64,000 nt of DNA from Camelus ferus (Eukaryota): NCBI RefSeq assembly GCF_009834535.1, contig NC_045697.1, positions 105,340,001 to 105,404,000 on the forward strand, given 5' to 3'. This document shows, piece after piece, positions 26,965-40,607 of this stretch. Within the stretch, counting starts at the first letter, position 1; each line of letters begins with the position of its first letter. The position numbers were made by a program, and so were the translations under genes. Below the pieces are notes generated by a model. It was not told the origin of the DNA, did not search any database, and saw only the letters and a list, made by a program, of their open reading frames with translations.

Positions 26965-27625
26965 GGGTGCAATGCTCAATTTCTGGATCTCAGGATGCCT
27001 CTCCACGCTTAAAAACATGAGTTGAGGACACCAAGGAGCTTTTGTTTTATGCACTCTATCTGTTGGTATGTACCATATTAGAAATTAAAACTTGTATTTC
27101 TTTTAAATCACTTAAAATAATAAGACATTACATGTTAACACACACATGTTTATGAAGAAAAAAAAACCTATTTCCCAGAATGAAAAAACTGTAGTGACAA
27201 GAGAGGCACTGTTTTACATTTTTGCAAGTCTACCATCTCCCTTAATAGAAGACAGCTGAATTCTCATATCTACTTCTGTGGTCAGTGTGTGGTGATGTGT
27301 TTTGCTTCAAGGATATGAAGAAAATCTGGCTTCACACTGATACGTTGTGGGAAATAGGAGGAGTGTTTTAATGGTCTTTTCAGCTAATTGCAGACACGGT
27401 TCTTTCATACCACACCGAAAACGTCACAGTGAGTGGTTTCTTAAAGCTTAGTTGCCACACGGAATCTAAAACCATATCTGTGAACTTTTCAAACACTATT
27501 ACATTAAAACCATTGGCCTGTCTTCCATTTTGAACAGCTCTTTTACCAAGGCATGGTTTTTGACTCCTCAAACTTCCTTGAAAAGGTCTCAGGAACCCTA
27601 AACCATATTCTGAGATTGACTAGCG
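26965..27625. mobile_element. hAT-Charlie DNA transposon remnant (Charlie1-like)
   Basis: 'ggcactgttttacatttttgcaag...cttaatagaagacagctgaattctcatatctacttctg', with degenerate termini. Confidence 0.65.
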
Positions 27626-28599
27626 AACAGTTGAGAGTCCAACCTGAAGACAAAGGATGTTATGAAATCCAGAGGCAGTTCTGCGATGCCTTGGTCCTTT
27701 ACAATCTTTAAGTCATTAGCTCAGCACTCCCTGGAATGGCCTAGCATCATTATAAATCATGAAATAGGCAAAAAGGTTGGATCTGGGTCCAAAAGATGCA
27801 AAATAAGAGGCCGATAATGAAGCTTAGATGAGACTAAATTAAATATTATAATGTGAAGACTAAAATCTAGAAAAAGATCTAAATCTCCTCTGATCCTTGA
27901 GCCTTTATTTTGACAATGATCAAAATAAATATATTTGAATAATATTCCCCAGGAAAAGCTATACAGAATTAGTAACCTATAAGAGACTTTAAATAACATT
28001 AAAGCTGTGATATTAAAGTTTTTGGAAAACTTCCAATGACTAGCACACTACCAGAATGTACGTAAACAAAATGAATTCCCTGACTATATTATCAAGCATA
28101 ATAAGAATTTTGGAATTCTCAAGAAGACACACAAGGCAACACCCCCAGTGCCCACAAATGCAGGGTAGGTTCAAGGTCATTGATTCACATGAATATTTAA
28201 GGCGATGGGTCACATTAGATCATCAGCAGGCGCTTCATGACTTGAGTGTGAAAACCACAATTGAAACAGTAGAAATAAGGATACAGAACCAACAGAAGAG
28301 AGTTAATGATTTTAGCCAGCATACCTCTAATACTTCTACCAGAAATAGATCCACCCCGAGCAATAGCCTTCAAAATGAAAAGAGCATAAATGGAAATGCA
28401 GTAGCAAATGCATGGTGCCTGAGCGTTAAAAAACCGTAGAATTTAATCATAAGAATTATCAATACGTATTTCCTTAAACTTTGTATATATTTATTTATTT
28501 TGTGGAGTTTCATATAATGCAGAAAAGAGAACGCTAAAAGAAATGGAAACTAAAGATTATGAAAACACTTATCTTAAATGTTAATAGTCATAGCTAAAA

Positions 28600-28850
28600 T
28601 GTATGTAGTACTATATAATGCATGCTATATATCAGATGATATTCAAAGTGCTTCTCATAAAATAACTCACTTAATTGTGCCTGATAGCCCTTGAGATGAG
28701 TACTACTGGATCCCGTTTTTATAGATGAGAAGACTTACAGCCCAGAGAGGTGACACAAGGAATGTGCACAGGGACACAGAGCAAGTAGGCGGCAGGGCTG
28801 GGATTTCAACCAGGGCAGCCATGCTCTTAACGACCAGGCTATCCTTCTGC
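28600..28850. mobile_element. MIR
   Basis: 'cccgtttttatagatgagaag...cagagagg...ggcagggctgggatttcaacc'. Confidence 0.7.
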
Positions 28851-30223
28851 CTACTAACCCACTAAAAACATCACTTACAAAAACATCTCCATCATGTGCA
28901 AAATCTCCTTCTCTGAAAGTAAAACAAAGCGCCAGCAGCAGAACACATGCTGGGTTTGGTTCTGATGAAAGCGATGCTATCTCCTGACATGCATTAAAAG
29001 AGTTTAGGATTTAAGAGCAGCAGTATTAGAACCGGATTGAATAGTTCACAGCAATCGAGAACTGTAAGAACAAGTAAGTATCCTTTACGAAATATGTGCT
29101 TTCAGAGTAAGGTTTGAATCAAAGGTGAGGAAAAGAAGGCACAAATGAGAGTTTTTACTTTTTGGTTCAGTAAAAAAAAAAGGAGAAAGAATAAGGATTA
29201 CACGTAAGCCTTAAGTCTTGCTACTGGGATGGACATCTTTCCCCTAAAATAAGTTTTCAAGGAAAATATCCACATATTCCTAGATGCACAAGTGAACTAT
29301 ATCTAGAAAATCTATTCTTTACATGTCCTATAAAGGGATCATTTATCATAACCATGTAATAAAAACAGTACTGAAGCAAAGTCCAATGCAAGTGTTCACT
29401 GTATAACTTAGAACCACCCTTTGTAGTCATATCTACAACCTCTCGTTTTTTCTAAATATAGACAATATGCTATCTGCAAGAAGGAAAAGCCAAGAGATAT
29501 TTAGAGGGAGTAAAGTATGTCTTCTTGCAGATCCTAAAAGTTACAAACAAACAAATTAAAAACTGCAGTGATATACTTCACTTCCAACGAGTAAGAAAGT
29601 CAGATTATCCACTTAGTAACTTCAGATGTGCTCAGTCTTTAAAAGCCCTTAAGAGTTAAGGAAATGATTTATTTGTATTGAAAACCACAACTTACATACA
29701 ATTAACCTACCTAGAAAAAGATGGAAAGGGTTGGGAGCTTCCAAGCAACAGACTTGGGGTTTAATTTCATTTTTCACAACCAATGAGGTGATTAATAGAG
29801 AAAACTAAGGAAAAGGAAGACTATGACCACAAAGAAAGCAATTTAAAGCAATTTTAGTGAACTAGTATGTAGATAAAGAAAAAAAAATCTAGCATTAGTC
29901 TGCTAAAGTAAACATAGTAACAGGCTGTAGAAAACAAACTTTTTCTAAACACCTACAACAGACAGTGTAGAGAGAGAAGTATATATTGATGCTCCTTCAA
30001 AATCAACACAAATATTTTCTGAGATTGTCAGGATTTTTTGTTTGTTTCTCTATTTCAAAAAAGCAGCAACATTTCAACAAGTAAAGGGCTAAACAACCAT
30101 CGTGAAAGCAAAAATAAAACAGGAAACTGAAATGTATTCAAATTTATCAACTGCAAAGATAATTCGAAGCTTCAGTGCTTTATAAAGCCATAATTTTCAA
30201 GACAGGAGAAAAAGGCCAACTTA

Positions 30224-32017
<1,794 letters not shown>

Positions 32018-32334
32018 TTAGAGTCATTTATGGCAAGATTACTCTAACAGACATTCTAAAATTGCATTTACTGAGCTATAAATACATATTCTACTCATTA
32101 TAAGCAATACTTCCAGTTTTATTAAAATTATTACCTTTTTAGGTGCTGATATAACAAGGCTATTGACTATAACTGGTCCAGAAGCCAGAATGTAAGAAGC
32201 CATCATATAAAATTATTTTGCATCTAGATGACAGTAACATATTTGCTAAAATACAGCCTTTAGAATTTGCAAAGAATACTTACAAATGTTAACTTATGTA
32301 ATATTTAGGGTAGTCTTGGGGGATAAATGAGGCA

Positions 32335-32440
32335 GGAAGGGAGGAAACTGAGGACTTAGGTGGGCAACTTGCCCAAGGTCAAAAGCATAACAAATGACAG
32401 AGTCAGGTTTAAAACTAAATCTTCTAACTCCAAGCCATTG
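32335..32440. mobile_element. MIR fragment
   Basis: 'gaggaaactgagg...aacttgcccaaggtca'. Confidence 0.7.
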
Positions 32441-33249
32441 GAATCTTTCAAGCATATGGAAGCTGTTTTCCATATCTAATACATGGTTTTATTAAAAACA
32501 ACAGGGAAATGCAATTAATGTTAGTTACCATTTCCCAAAATAAAGTTATCAAGTGAATTATCACGAGAAAAATAACTTAGGAGTTATTTCTAAAACAACA
32601 TGATTTTCTTAAAATGGGTTAGTGATGGAAATAATTTAATGTCAATTCTGCAAAGTGAAGATTCATATAGCCTGATTAATTAAGGCGATTCATAGCTCAG
32701 AGAGGCTATAGGACAACCGGACAATGTCAAGATTCTAGTCTGTATTTCAGTACTGGGAAGGACTCTGCCATGCAGCCTCAGCTCAGTTGTACCTCTGCTA
32801 AAAAGACTCCCAACAGTGTCATACACAACAGTTAATGGAGGAAGTTTGAGATGGGTCCTGACAATTTATGTGTTCACTCATTCAACAAATATTTACCAAG
32901 TGTGTGCTACATCCTGGGCCTAAGACGAGTCACTAAATCTATGATGATAAACAAAACAGGCACTGTCTCCATCCTCAGGTCGCCCGCAGGGTTGTTTTAG
33001 ATATACAATCATATCCATTGGCTCTCTATATAAATTTATTTCATAGATAGAATAATTATAATCGGCTATATTTATAATAATTCTTATGTATTACATCATT
33101 TGATGCACTGTTACAAGCCTGTCACACATATTAACTTATTTGCCCTTATAAACAACCCTACAAGATTGGCAAAGTATTATCCAAATGATACGACTGGGGA
33201 AACTGAGGCACGAGCCACACAGCAGAGCTGGAACTGGACCCCAGGTCTT

Positions 33250-33448
33250 TATCTCCACCTTGGCATTACTTTGGGGCCTGACAGTTCTTTGTTGAGGATG
33301 TGTGTCCTGTGCATTATAAGATGTTTGGCAGCAGCCCTGACCTCTTCCCACTAGACGCCAGCAGCATTCCTCCTCCTGCACTGAGACAGCCAAAACTGTC
33401 TCCAGACCCTGCCCAACACCCCAGCACCCTGGCTGAAAACCACCGGCC
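33250..33448. mobile_element. MER20-like hAT element
   Basis: 'tgtcctgtgcattataagatgtttggcagcagccctgacctcttcccactagacgccagcagca...aaaactgtctccagac'. Confidence 0.75.
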
Positions 33449-36400
33449 ACTCTAAAGAAACACACCTCAAAGAAAAGTCACTCATTCTCAATAATAGTTC
33501 ATTTGTACGTTTTCATATATAAAACTCTAAAAATCTTTATGCATGCATTTTTCAAATCCTTTCAGGCGTGTAAACAATCTCTTGACTCAAACGAAGGTCC
33601 TGATCAAAAAGATGCAGTTTCTGCAGTTCTTAACACAAGTATTACTTTAGACCTCTCATCCTACCCCTCCTTGCCCCACCTTTTGCCATTTACAACCTCC
33701 ACCCACCCTACCTACCCCTCATTGAAAAGAGACTAGGAAGACTTTCTGCTCCAGAACTTTAATTAACATGGAGAAATAACATAATGACTCTACCAAATAA
33801 ATTGGCATTAGATATTAGATTAGAAATTAGGCATTAGATACAAAGCTCTACAACAAAATGTAATGCCCAAACTGTCCAAGTAGCATCATTACCTCTCACT
33901 TTTCTGTATTCCACATGAGATTTTAAGTTCTCGGAAGGCAGAAACTGTATCAATTTTACCACTGCATCCCAAGAAGACAGCATATTGCAAATAAAAAAAT
34001 TTAAACTATTATAAGCATCAATACTCTATAGTTTGTGAACATTAAAATCTCCCAATTGTGTAACATGCTTTTACTTCAAGAACATTATTCTGTAAAGTCC
34101 TAATCACAAATTAATCACAAAATAGAGGAAAATAAATCAAGTTACGATGTTTGAGGAGATAACCCGGTAATTCCAGCCAAAAAAAGTTAGTGTGGGTGAA
34201 AGCCAAGTAAAAGTTGAAAAAAATATACAGTGAAATGGGACCAAAACAGCCTACTGGCATTTCCTACCTTATGGGAAAACTAGTTAGTTGCAGCAATAGG
34301 TTGAAAAGTATCAGGAAATAACAGTACTGCGTCTACTTTTACCTAAGAATATTCTGTCCTCCCCATACCAAACCTGAACAGATTTACATCTAAGGTATAG
34401 GTGTTTCAGGTTCAAATTCATTAAACTCCACAAGAAACATGTCTACTCCTTTTCAAAACTGAACACCTTCTGTGTTCACCAAGCCACCCCCAAACCCTGT
34501 CCCTAAGCCCACATTCCCTGTCTTGGTGAACTGCACTACCCTCTACCCAAATGCCTAGAAGTCACCCTTGCCTTGGCACCCTTAACCAAAGGTCTCCATA
34601 GGCTCACCCCTCCCCACTCCCACACCTAGAGCCCCCCTGCCCCCCCACCAACCCCCCTCCCAGGCAACAGGACTATCTGCCCTGAGTCTGAAGGGCGATC
34701 CCCAACTAGCCTCTCTCCAAAAAATCATCCTCCAAATTGTCTTTCGGGGAAAGGATGATCACTGACTACCTTTTTTTGAAGTTTCACAGTGGAAGTCAGC
34801 ATGCTAGAACTCCTGGGAGGTTCTACAGAACAGAAACCTGTTTCCTTTTTAATCCAGCATTCCCTAAATAATTTGACCACTGTACCGTTTTTTCACAGAA
34901 CATCTACTACTATTCCAAGGGACAGTCTTCATCACTCTGCCTCAAAGCAGGAGCCATATCTCAGATACGTGAGGCTCTATGAAGACTTGATAAGCATCCA
35001 TCCGGGAAATGATGGGCAAAAACCCTCTTAAAGCTCTCTACAAGGAAGCACCTTATCAGCCAACATCACACAGCTGATCACAACTTTCCAAGCCCTGTTT
35101 GACTAGCCTTGAACTCTCTTGACAATAACATAAACCTGCCTGTATTTCACATTATTGACAGGGCTATCATTAGAGAATTTGCAACAGGCTCTGCTGAAAT
35201 CTACAATGGCTTTGTTTAAGGTATTCTCATCTACCAACTTAATGCACATCTCAACAAAGAAAACAGAGTAAAGGCTGGCAATAAACATGGAAGAATGGAG
35301 GACATCTAGTATCTGCATGGTTTCCACTGCAAGCATTTTTAAAAAACAGATTTTTTTAAAAAAAATATATGATTACTGAAATATTTTATGCTAAATTTCC
35401 CTATTAGTTTAGTTGGTCTGTTCTGTAAACAAATGGATGACGTTAGGAATTTATTTCTTATGTTGTCCAGGAAATCCAGGTTATCTTTTTGGAATTGTCC
35501 TAAGGACCATGGCTTGAGCAGAATTTCAGTCAATCTGAACTTACTACTGAGTACTGAAAATACCAGTTGATGAATATAATCCTCATAGAACTTAATATCC
35601 AGAGGGTAATGGGAAAGTTTTTGTTACTAATGTAAAACGTGAAGCAGACACTAGTATACAAATCTAGCTTATACAAAATCAGACTTGTCTCCCTTACAAT
35701 AGGAAGTATAACAAAGACTCTCTTGGGACGAGGACAAAAATCATTATGACCCCTAAATTTTCATGCAAATAGCCTCCCTGTCCAAAAATAAAGGAACTTT
35801 CACATAAGGAAAGTAAGGAAAAAGCACTGATAGTTCTACCTTAAGCCCTATATATGCTCTTAAACACTCTTTTGCAAAGGAAAAATCTGACTTTAAAATT
35901 TTACACTTTACAGACTGTGTTAAATTGCTGTTTTCCATAAGAAAGTAGTTTTTATTCAGGAATATTAACAAGGAGATTCTTGCAAATTTATATTTTATCT
36001 GAAAACACTTTCACTTTTACTACCCTCAAAATATAGTCCCATTTCAAATGCATTATTTTCTATACTTATTTGACTATAATATGCCGTCTTAAAGGCAGAA
36101 CCTTAAGAATTTCACAATTTTCACTGGTTGCATAGTTGTAAAAGTTCACTGTAACTTTTTTTCTGTCATCCCCACTATAGAACTATTATTACGTTTCCCT
36201 TTTTTATAGACAAGGTAAATGATATAAATCAGCTCAAGGTCACATAAGAGAGCCGGAGAACCAGTCAGAACTGAACACACCTGATTTCTATTCACTCACC
36301 TAATTCACTGAGCCACCTGATCTTTCCAAAATCCCCAAACTAAGCTATTTCTCCCTTAAAGGAAAAAGTTCCCCTTTATTTTTTAAAACTTCTCTCCTCA

Positions 36401-37257
36401 AGCATTTCCATGATAGCGTGCCATGAAGTCAAATATAAAATTAAAACTGCCCAGAACTTCACAAATAGGGAACGCAGTTATCATTACTATGTAAATATCA
36501 TCAAAACAGCACCTAGAGAAATGGCAACTCAAATGTTAAAAAGCAATTTAGTGCATTTGAAATTCAGTGGTTTCAAAACCTCGTCTGCTATCAAACAGAA
36601 GTTTTCCCAACTCCTACGTTACAATAAATATTTAAAATTGTTGGTGCCATAAATCATTACGACTTAAACCTGGTCTTTTAAAATTCATTAGGAAAAGCCA
36701 TGCACCTAAATTCAGTAGTAGGGTACGGATGCCACCAAAAGAAGCTTCATCCCTCTCCTCTGCCTTTAGAATTCCAACTGATGCCACAGAAAGCATCTCT
36801 TTCGAGAGTTTCGTGAATACTAAGGAACGGGAAATGCACGAATTTCTGGAGCCCCTTTCACACAGTTTCTATCAGGATCTGTATCTCCTTCAACTGCCCT
36901 TTTCCCGCTATACCTACAGCTGAGATTTGGGTGCTTCCGTAACTGATAGAGAGAAGAAATATTATTCAAACGTCCTTTAAAATCTGTACAAGGAAAACGA
37001 CCCCGAAATTCATCTTTGGGGAAAGGAAAGGGTGGTAGACCTCCAACTCTCCAAAGTGGCCAAACTTTCCCAAAATAGTCCTCTGGCGGCCAAAGCGGGG
37101 GAAAAGTGGAAAACCAAAACAAAACAACAAGCACACAGCACCCTACTGATTGTGCCTCCGGATTACGCAGCCACTTCTCCCTGCAAAGTGCACGCTCCCG
37201 CGCCGCGGCCGCACGCCGAGCCGGGCAAGCGGTGCCCAGCCGCGCACCCCTACACAC

Positions 37258-37600
37258 CTGCCCCGGCCGGGGTCCGTCTCTCGGCGTCTACCTGTTGCAG
37301 CGCTCGCCAACGCCACGACACCCCTGCTGCGGAACCCCCCTAAATCCAACCACATCCAGGCCAGCGAGTGCCGCTCTCCCTGCAGCGGGAGAGCCCGAGG
37401 CAGCAACGCTCTTGCACCCAGGTGACTGCACGGGTTTCCTCCGAGCAGCCCGAAGTTGGCTTGCGTCTCCCCGGTCCAATGACACCCCGGGCGCGGAGGG
37501 GCGGAGAGGAGGAGGAGGGGGCAGGGGCCGGGGCAGGGCCGGGGCGGGCGAAGTAGAGAGGGAGAGAGCGCGCGAGAGGGCGGGCGAAAGCCCGGAGGGG
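37258..37600 (-). other. NR3C2: NR3C2 untranslated exon 1-alpha (5' end approximate)
   Basis: The minus strand reads ...GCCTGGATGTGGTTGGATTTAGGGGGG...GCTGCAACAGGTAGACGCCGAGAGACGGACCCCGGCCGGGGCAG|GTGTGT. This closely resembles the human MR cDNA 5'UTR as I recall it. The donor GT is at 37257-37256. Confidence 0.85.
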
Positions 37601-37760
37601 GAGTGGGCCAGCTGGAGGGCCGGCCCTTTTAAAAGCGGGTCACATGTCCAGATAAAAAGTTCAGGTTCTGTCCCGCCCCTCTGAGCCCCTCCCATTGGTC
37701 TAGAGGGAAGCAAGGCTCCGCCAGGCTGGCTTCTCATTGGATAATCCTGGCTGTCAGTCA
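37601..37760 (-). promoter_or_regulatory. NR3C2: P1 proximal promoter of exon 1-alpha
   Basis: TATA-like TTTTAAAA at 37627-37634, E-box CACATG at 37641-37646, GC box at 37673-37678, and two CCAAT boxes on the minus strand at 37694-37698 and 37736-37740. Confidence 0.65.
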
Positions 37761-39588
37761 CCAGGAGGGCGACATGACTGATACAAAGTTGCTGCGACAC
37801 AGCCTGGACTCGGCAGCTCCCTTAAAGCTGCAGAAGCGGCGGCTGTTTGGTATGCAGGGCAGCGGTTACGACACTAGGTACCCTCCACACGCTGCCCCCC
37901 GCCCCCTCCTCCCTCGACTGCCCCAGACTTGCTCACGCCCGCCTGGCTCTCCTCCTAGCTAACCCCAGGATGTCTGGAAAGACGTGAAAAGTCTGATGAC
38001 GCGGAAGAAGCCGGTTTTTCCAAAAGCCAGTCAAGGTGTTGTCCCCTGACACTCTCCACCTGCAGCGCCAGGTGAACGGCGGCCCTGGCCTAGGCGCCGC
38101 CTACGGCGTCCGCGCGCAGGGAAAGACTTGGTGGGCTTCTCCCGACCCCCGAGGTTCGGTTCCCCGCCCCTTTCCTCGGTCTGCGGAGTTACCTCTGGGC
38201 AGAGCAGGCGCAGCCTCCGCTGCCAGCGAGCAAGAGGATCACGTTCCCACTCGATTTGAATTTCCTTGTTTTAACTGTGCCGGAAAAGCGGGTGGTATCA
38301 GTGCAGCCAAATCCCTTTAAACACAGCGTCTCTCCACCGCCGCCCCCCAAAGTGCCAGGGTCAAGAGCTGATGTACTCCTTCCTTATAATTTTGTTGCTG
38401 TTATTTATTACTTTCCTATTGGATTTTTCCACTAGTTCTGCTTGAAAGAAAGCTTACCATCGAGGATAGTCACTTCTTTAAAATGGGTGGGAGAGGGTGC
38501 ACATAATTGGGAAAAACAAACAGTAGTGGGTAAGGAAACAACTGTTTTCTAAGGATCAGGCGTCTGCAAGAAGAAATTTCGGTTTCCCTCCAACTGCGCC
38601 CTACCTCGACTCTCCTCCCGCCCACCCAAACGCGGTAGTTACTGAGCAAAAGGATGGGGCTTCTTAACTTTGATTTCTGAGGAATTTGAGGCTCCGCGTA
38701 TAAGGCTCCGTTTTAGATTCCCGGCTGGCCCAGAGTCAGCCCAGTGACGTACACGCCTAAATCTGGTCCCCCGGCCCTCGGCGACCCGCAGCCCGGCGGC
38801 GGCAGCTGTACAGCCTCCCGCCTCACCCTTGCCCCGTCCCAGCCAAATTCGGAAGGGCGGGGGTTCGCCCTGTGCCCAAAGGCCCCTCCTCTCCTTACAG
38901 TTAATTAAGCTTCAGAATTCCAGACCCCGAATCCAGAAAGACTCGAACTCTCGGAGGCTCCAGGTAGGGAACTCCCAGGCGGCGGGAGCGATGGCGGAGG
39001 CGCAGGAGAGCTGGTCCCGACCCCTGACTCTGGTACTCAGCAGTCCCCCGCGCCAAGCGGTCCCCAGCGCCCCAGCAGCCAGGAGTCTCCGCGAGTGTCC
39101 CAACTTTCCCGCGGGGCCCGCGGTCATGCGCGCTCTCCGGGCCAAGCGAGCAGCCGGGCATCGATCGCACTCGAGGCCGAGCGCGGGCGGCTGACAGGAG
39201 CGAGGGGAGTTCTGGACCTAATGCCCTGGCACTGGAGAAGACGGCGGCTCAGCCTGCGCTACCGAATTATTCATTATTAAAGGAATGGACGTGTCTCTTT
39301 TACTAAGTTTTTGCCTCCTTTACCGAGGGCCAGTCTTGCGCTGGATCGTCGGCTTCTTGCAAAATCTAGGTTAGAATCTTGCAGGTACAGCTGCCGCGAT
39401 TGCTCGCCCGCCGCCCAGCACCCCTGCCCGAAGGCGGCCCGGCGGGCACCTTGTCTCCAGCCCACAGCCCACCTCGTCTTGCCAACCCGCGCCCTCTGCG
39501 CGGACCATGCCTTTCCCCCGGGCCCCCTGCGTTCCCTGGGCCCCCTCCCGCCGCTATCAGCGCAAAGTGACTGTCGCTGCACACTCAC

Positions 39589-39800
39589 CTTTTCTAGGAC
39601 ATGGTGGGGAAGCTGGGGCGCGGGGTGGGGGGTGAGTGGGGGCAGCCAGACTCCAGCCGCCGCGGCTGCTACTGCCACCAGCAAGTCCAACACTAGCAGA
39701 TCGGCGGTAAGGATGGAGAGGAAGATAATCCCGGCAGTCGCCCTACTGATGGTGGGTAGAGCAATAGAGCAGTAGTGTTGTTACCCCGCAGGAGGAGGCG
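39589..39800 (-). other. NR3C2: Probable untranslated exon 1-beta (5' end unknown)
   Basis: A consensus donor AAAG|GTGAGT (GT at 39588-39587) lies inside the distal CpG island, about 2.3 kb upstream of the exon 1-alpha donor. This is the arrangement known for the MR P2/1-beta and P1/1-alpha promoters. Confidence 0.65.
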
Positions 39801-40039
39801 AGGCGGCGGCGCCAAATCTCGCAGAGGGGGACGCGGGCGCCCGCCCGCCCCCAGCAGCGGCGGCTGGGCCTCAGGCGGGCCCCTCTCTCGGGGCTGCTGG
39901 CCTCCCGGGCCGTGACGGCGGCGGCCCTGGGAGCCGGGAAGTCCGGCGGGATGACCCCTCGCCGGCCGCCCCGCAGCGGGCTCTCCGCGCGCCCCCTCTT
40001 CGGGCCTGGGGTGGCTGGTGACAGCTCGGGCGGCGGAGC

Positions 40040-40068
40040 GTGTGTGTTTGTGTGTGTGTGTGTGTGTG
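40040..40068. repeat. (TG)n microsatellite inside the CpG island
   Basis: gtgtgtgtttgtgtgtgtgtgtgtgtgtg, with one interruption. Confidence 0.95.
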
Positions 40069-40589
40069 GAGGGGGCGGCCGCAGGGGGAGCCCGCGGCGC
40101 CGCGGCCCCCTCCACGGGTCACACCCTCACTAGCGGGAGGAGGCGGCAAAGCGTCCAGCCATCAGCTGGTGGGAAACGGGGCTAGGGGCGCCCGTGGCCG
40201 CTCTCCCACCCTGGCCACTGGCTGCGAGAAGGCCGAGGGCGAACGGAACCCCAATATACGTCACCCCCCACCCCTCCCCACGGCTCCCCAAAGTCCGACC
40301 CTGACCTCGCGGCCCGGCCTCAGGTGCAGTTCCCGGCCGCGGGGGGAGACGCGGGCTAGGGACCACGCGCGGGGGGCAGGAGGGAAAAGTTTCTTTTCCT
40401 GCTCCCCCGCTGCCCACCCGGCGAGGCGGCTCCTCTCCCCCTTCTCTCGGGCTCGCCGCGCCTATGCCCCACCCCCACCGTGGGGGGGGCGCCGAGGAAG
40501 GACAGGGTGCCTGCGCACGGGGGCGTGTGGGGAGAGTGGCGAGGAGCGGCGGCCGCCACCGGTCCCCTCGCTCTGACAGCGGCTCAGAC

Positions 40590-40607
40590 GCCGCCGCCGC
40601 CGCCGCC
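40590..40607. repeat. (GCC)6 repeat
   Basis: gccgccgccgccgccgcc. Confidence 0.9.

Larger units (their letters stand above)
37080..38350. promoter_or_regulatory. CpG island, proximal part (P1 / exon 1-alpha)
   Basis: Abrupt rise in GC content and CpG density relative to the AT-rich flanks. Confidence 0.85.

Noticed and set aside
34460..34478. tgaacac-cttct-gtgttca palindrome as a GRE/MRE for autoregulation
   Set aside because: Half-site spacing is 7 nt, not the required 3.
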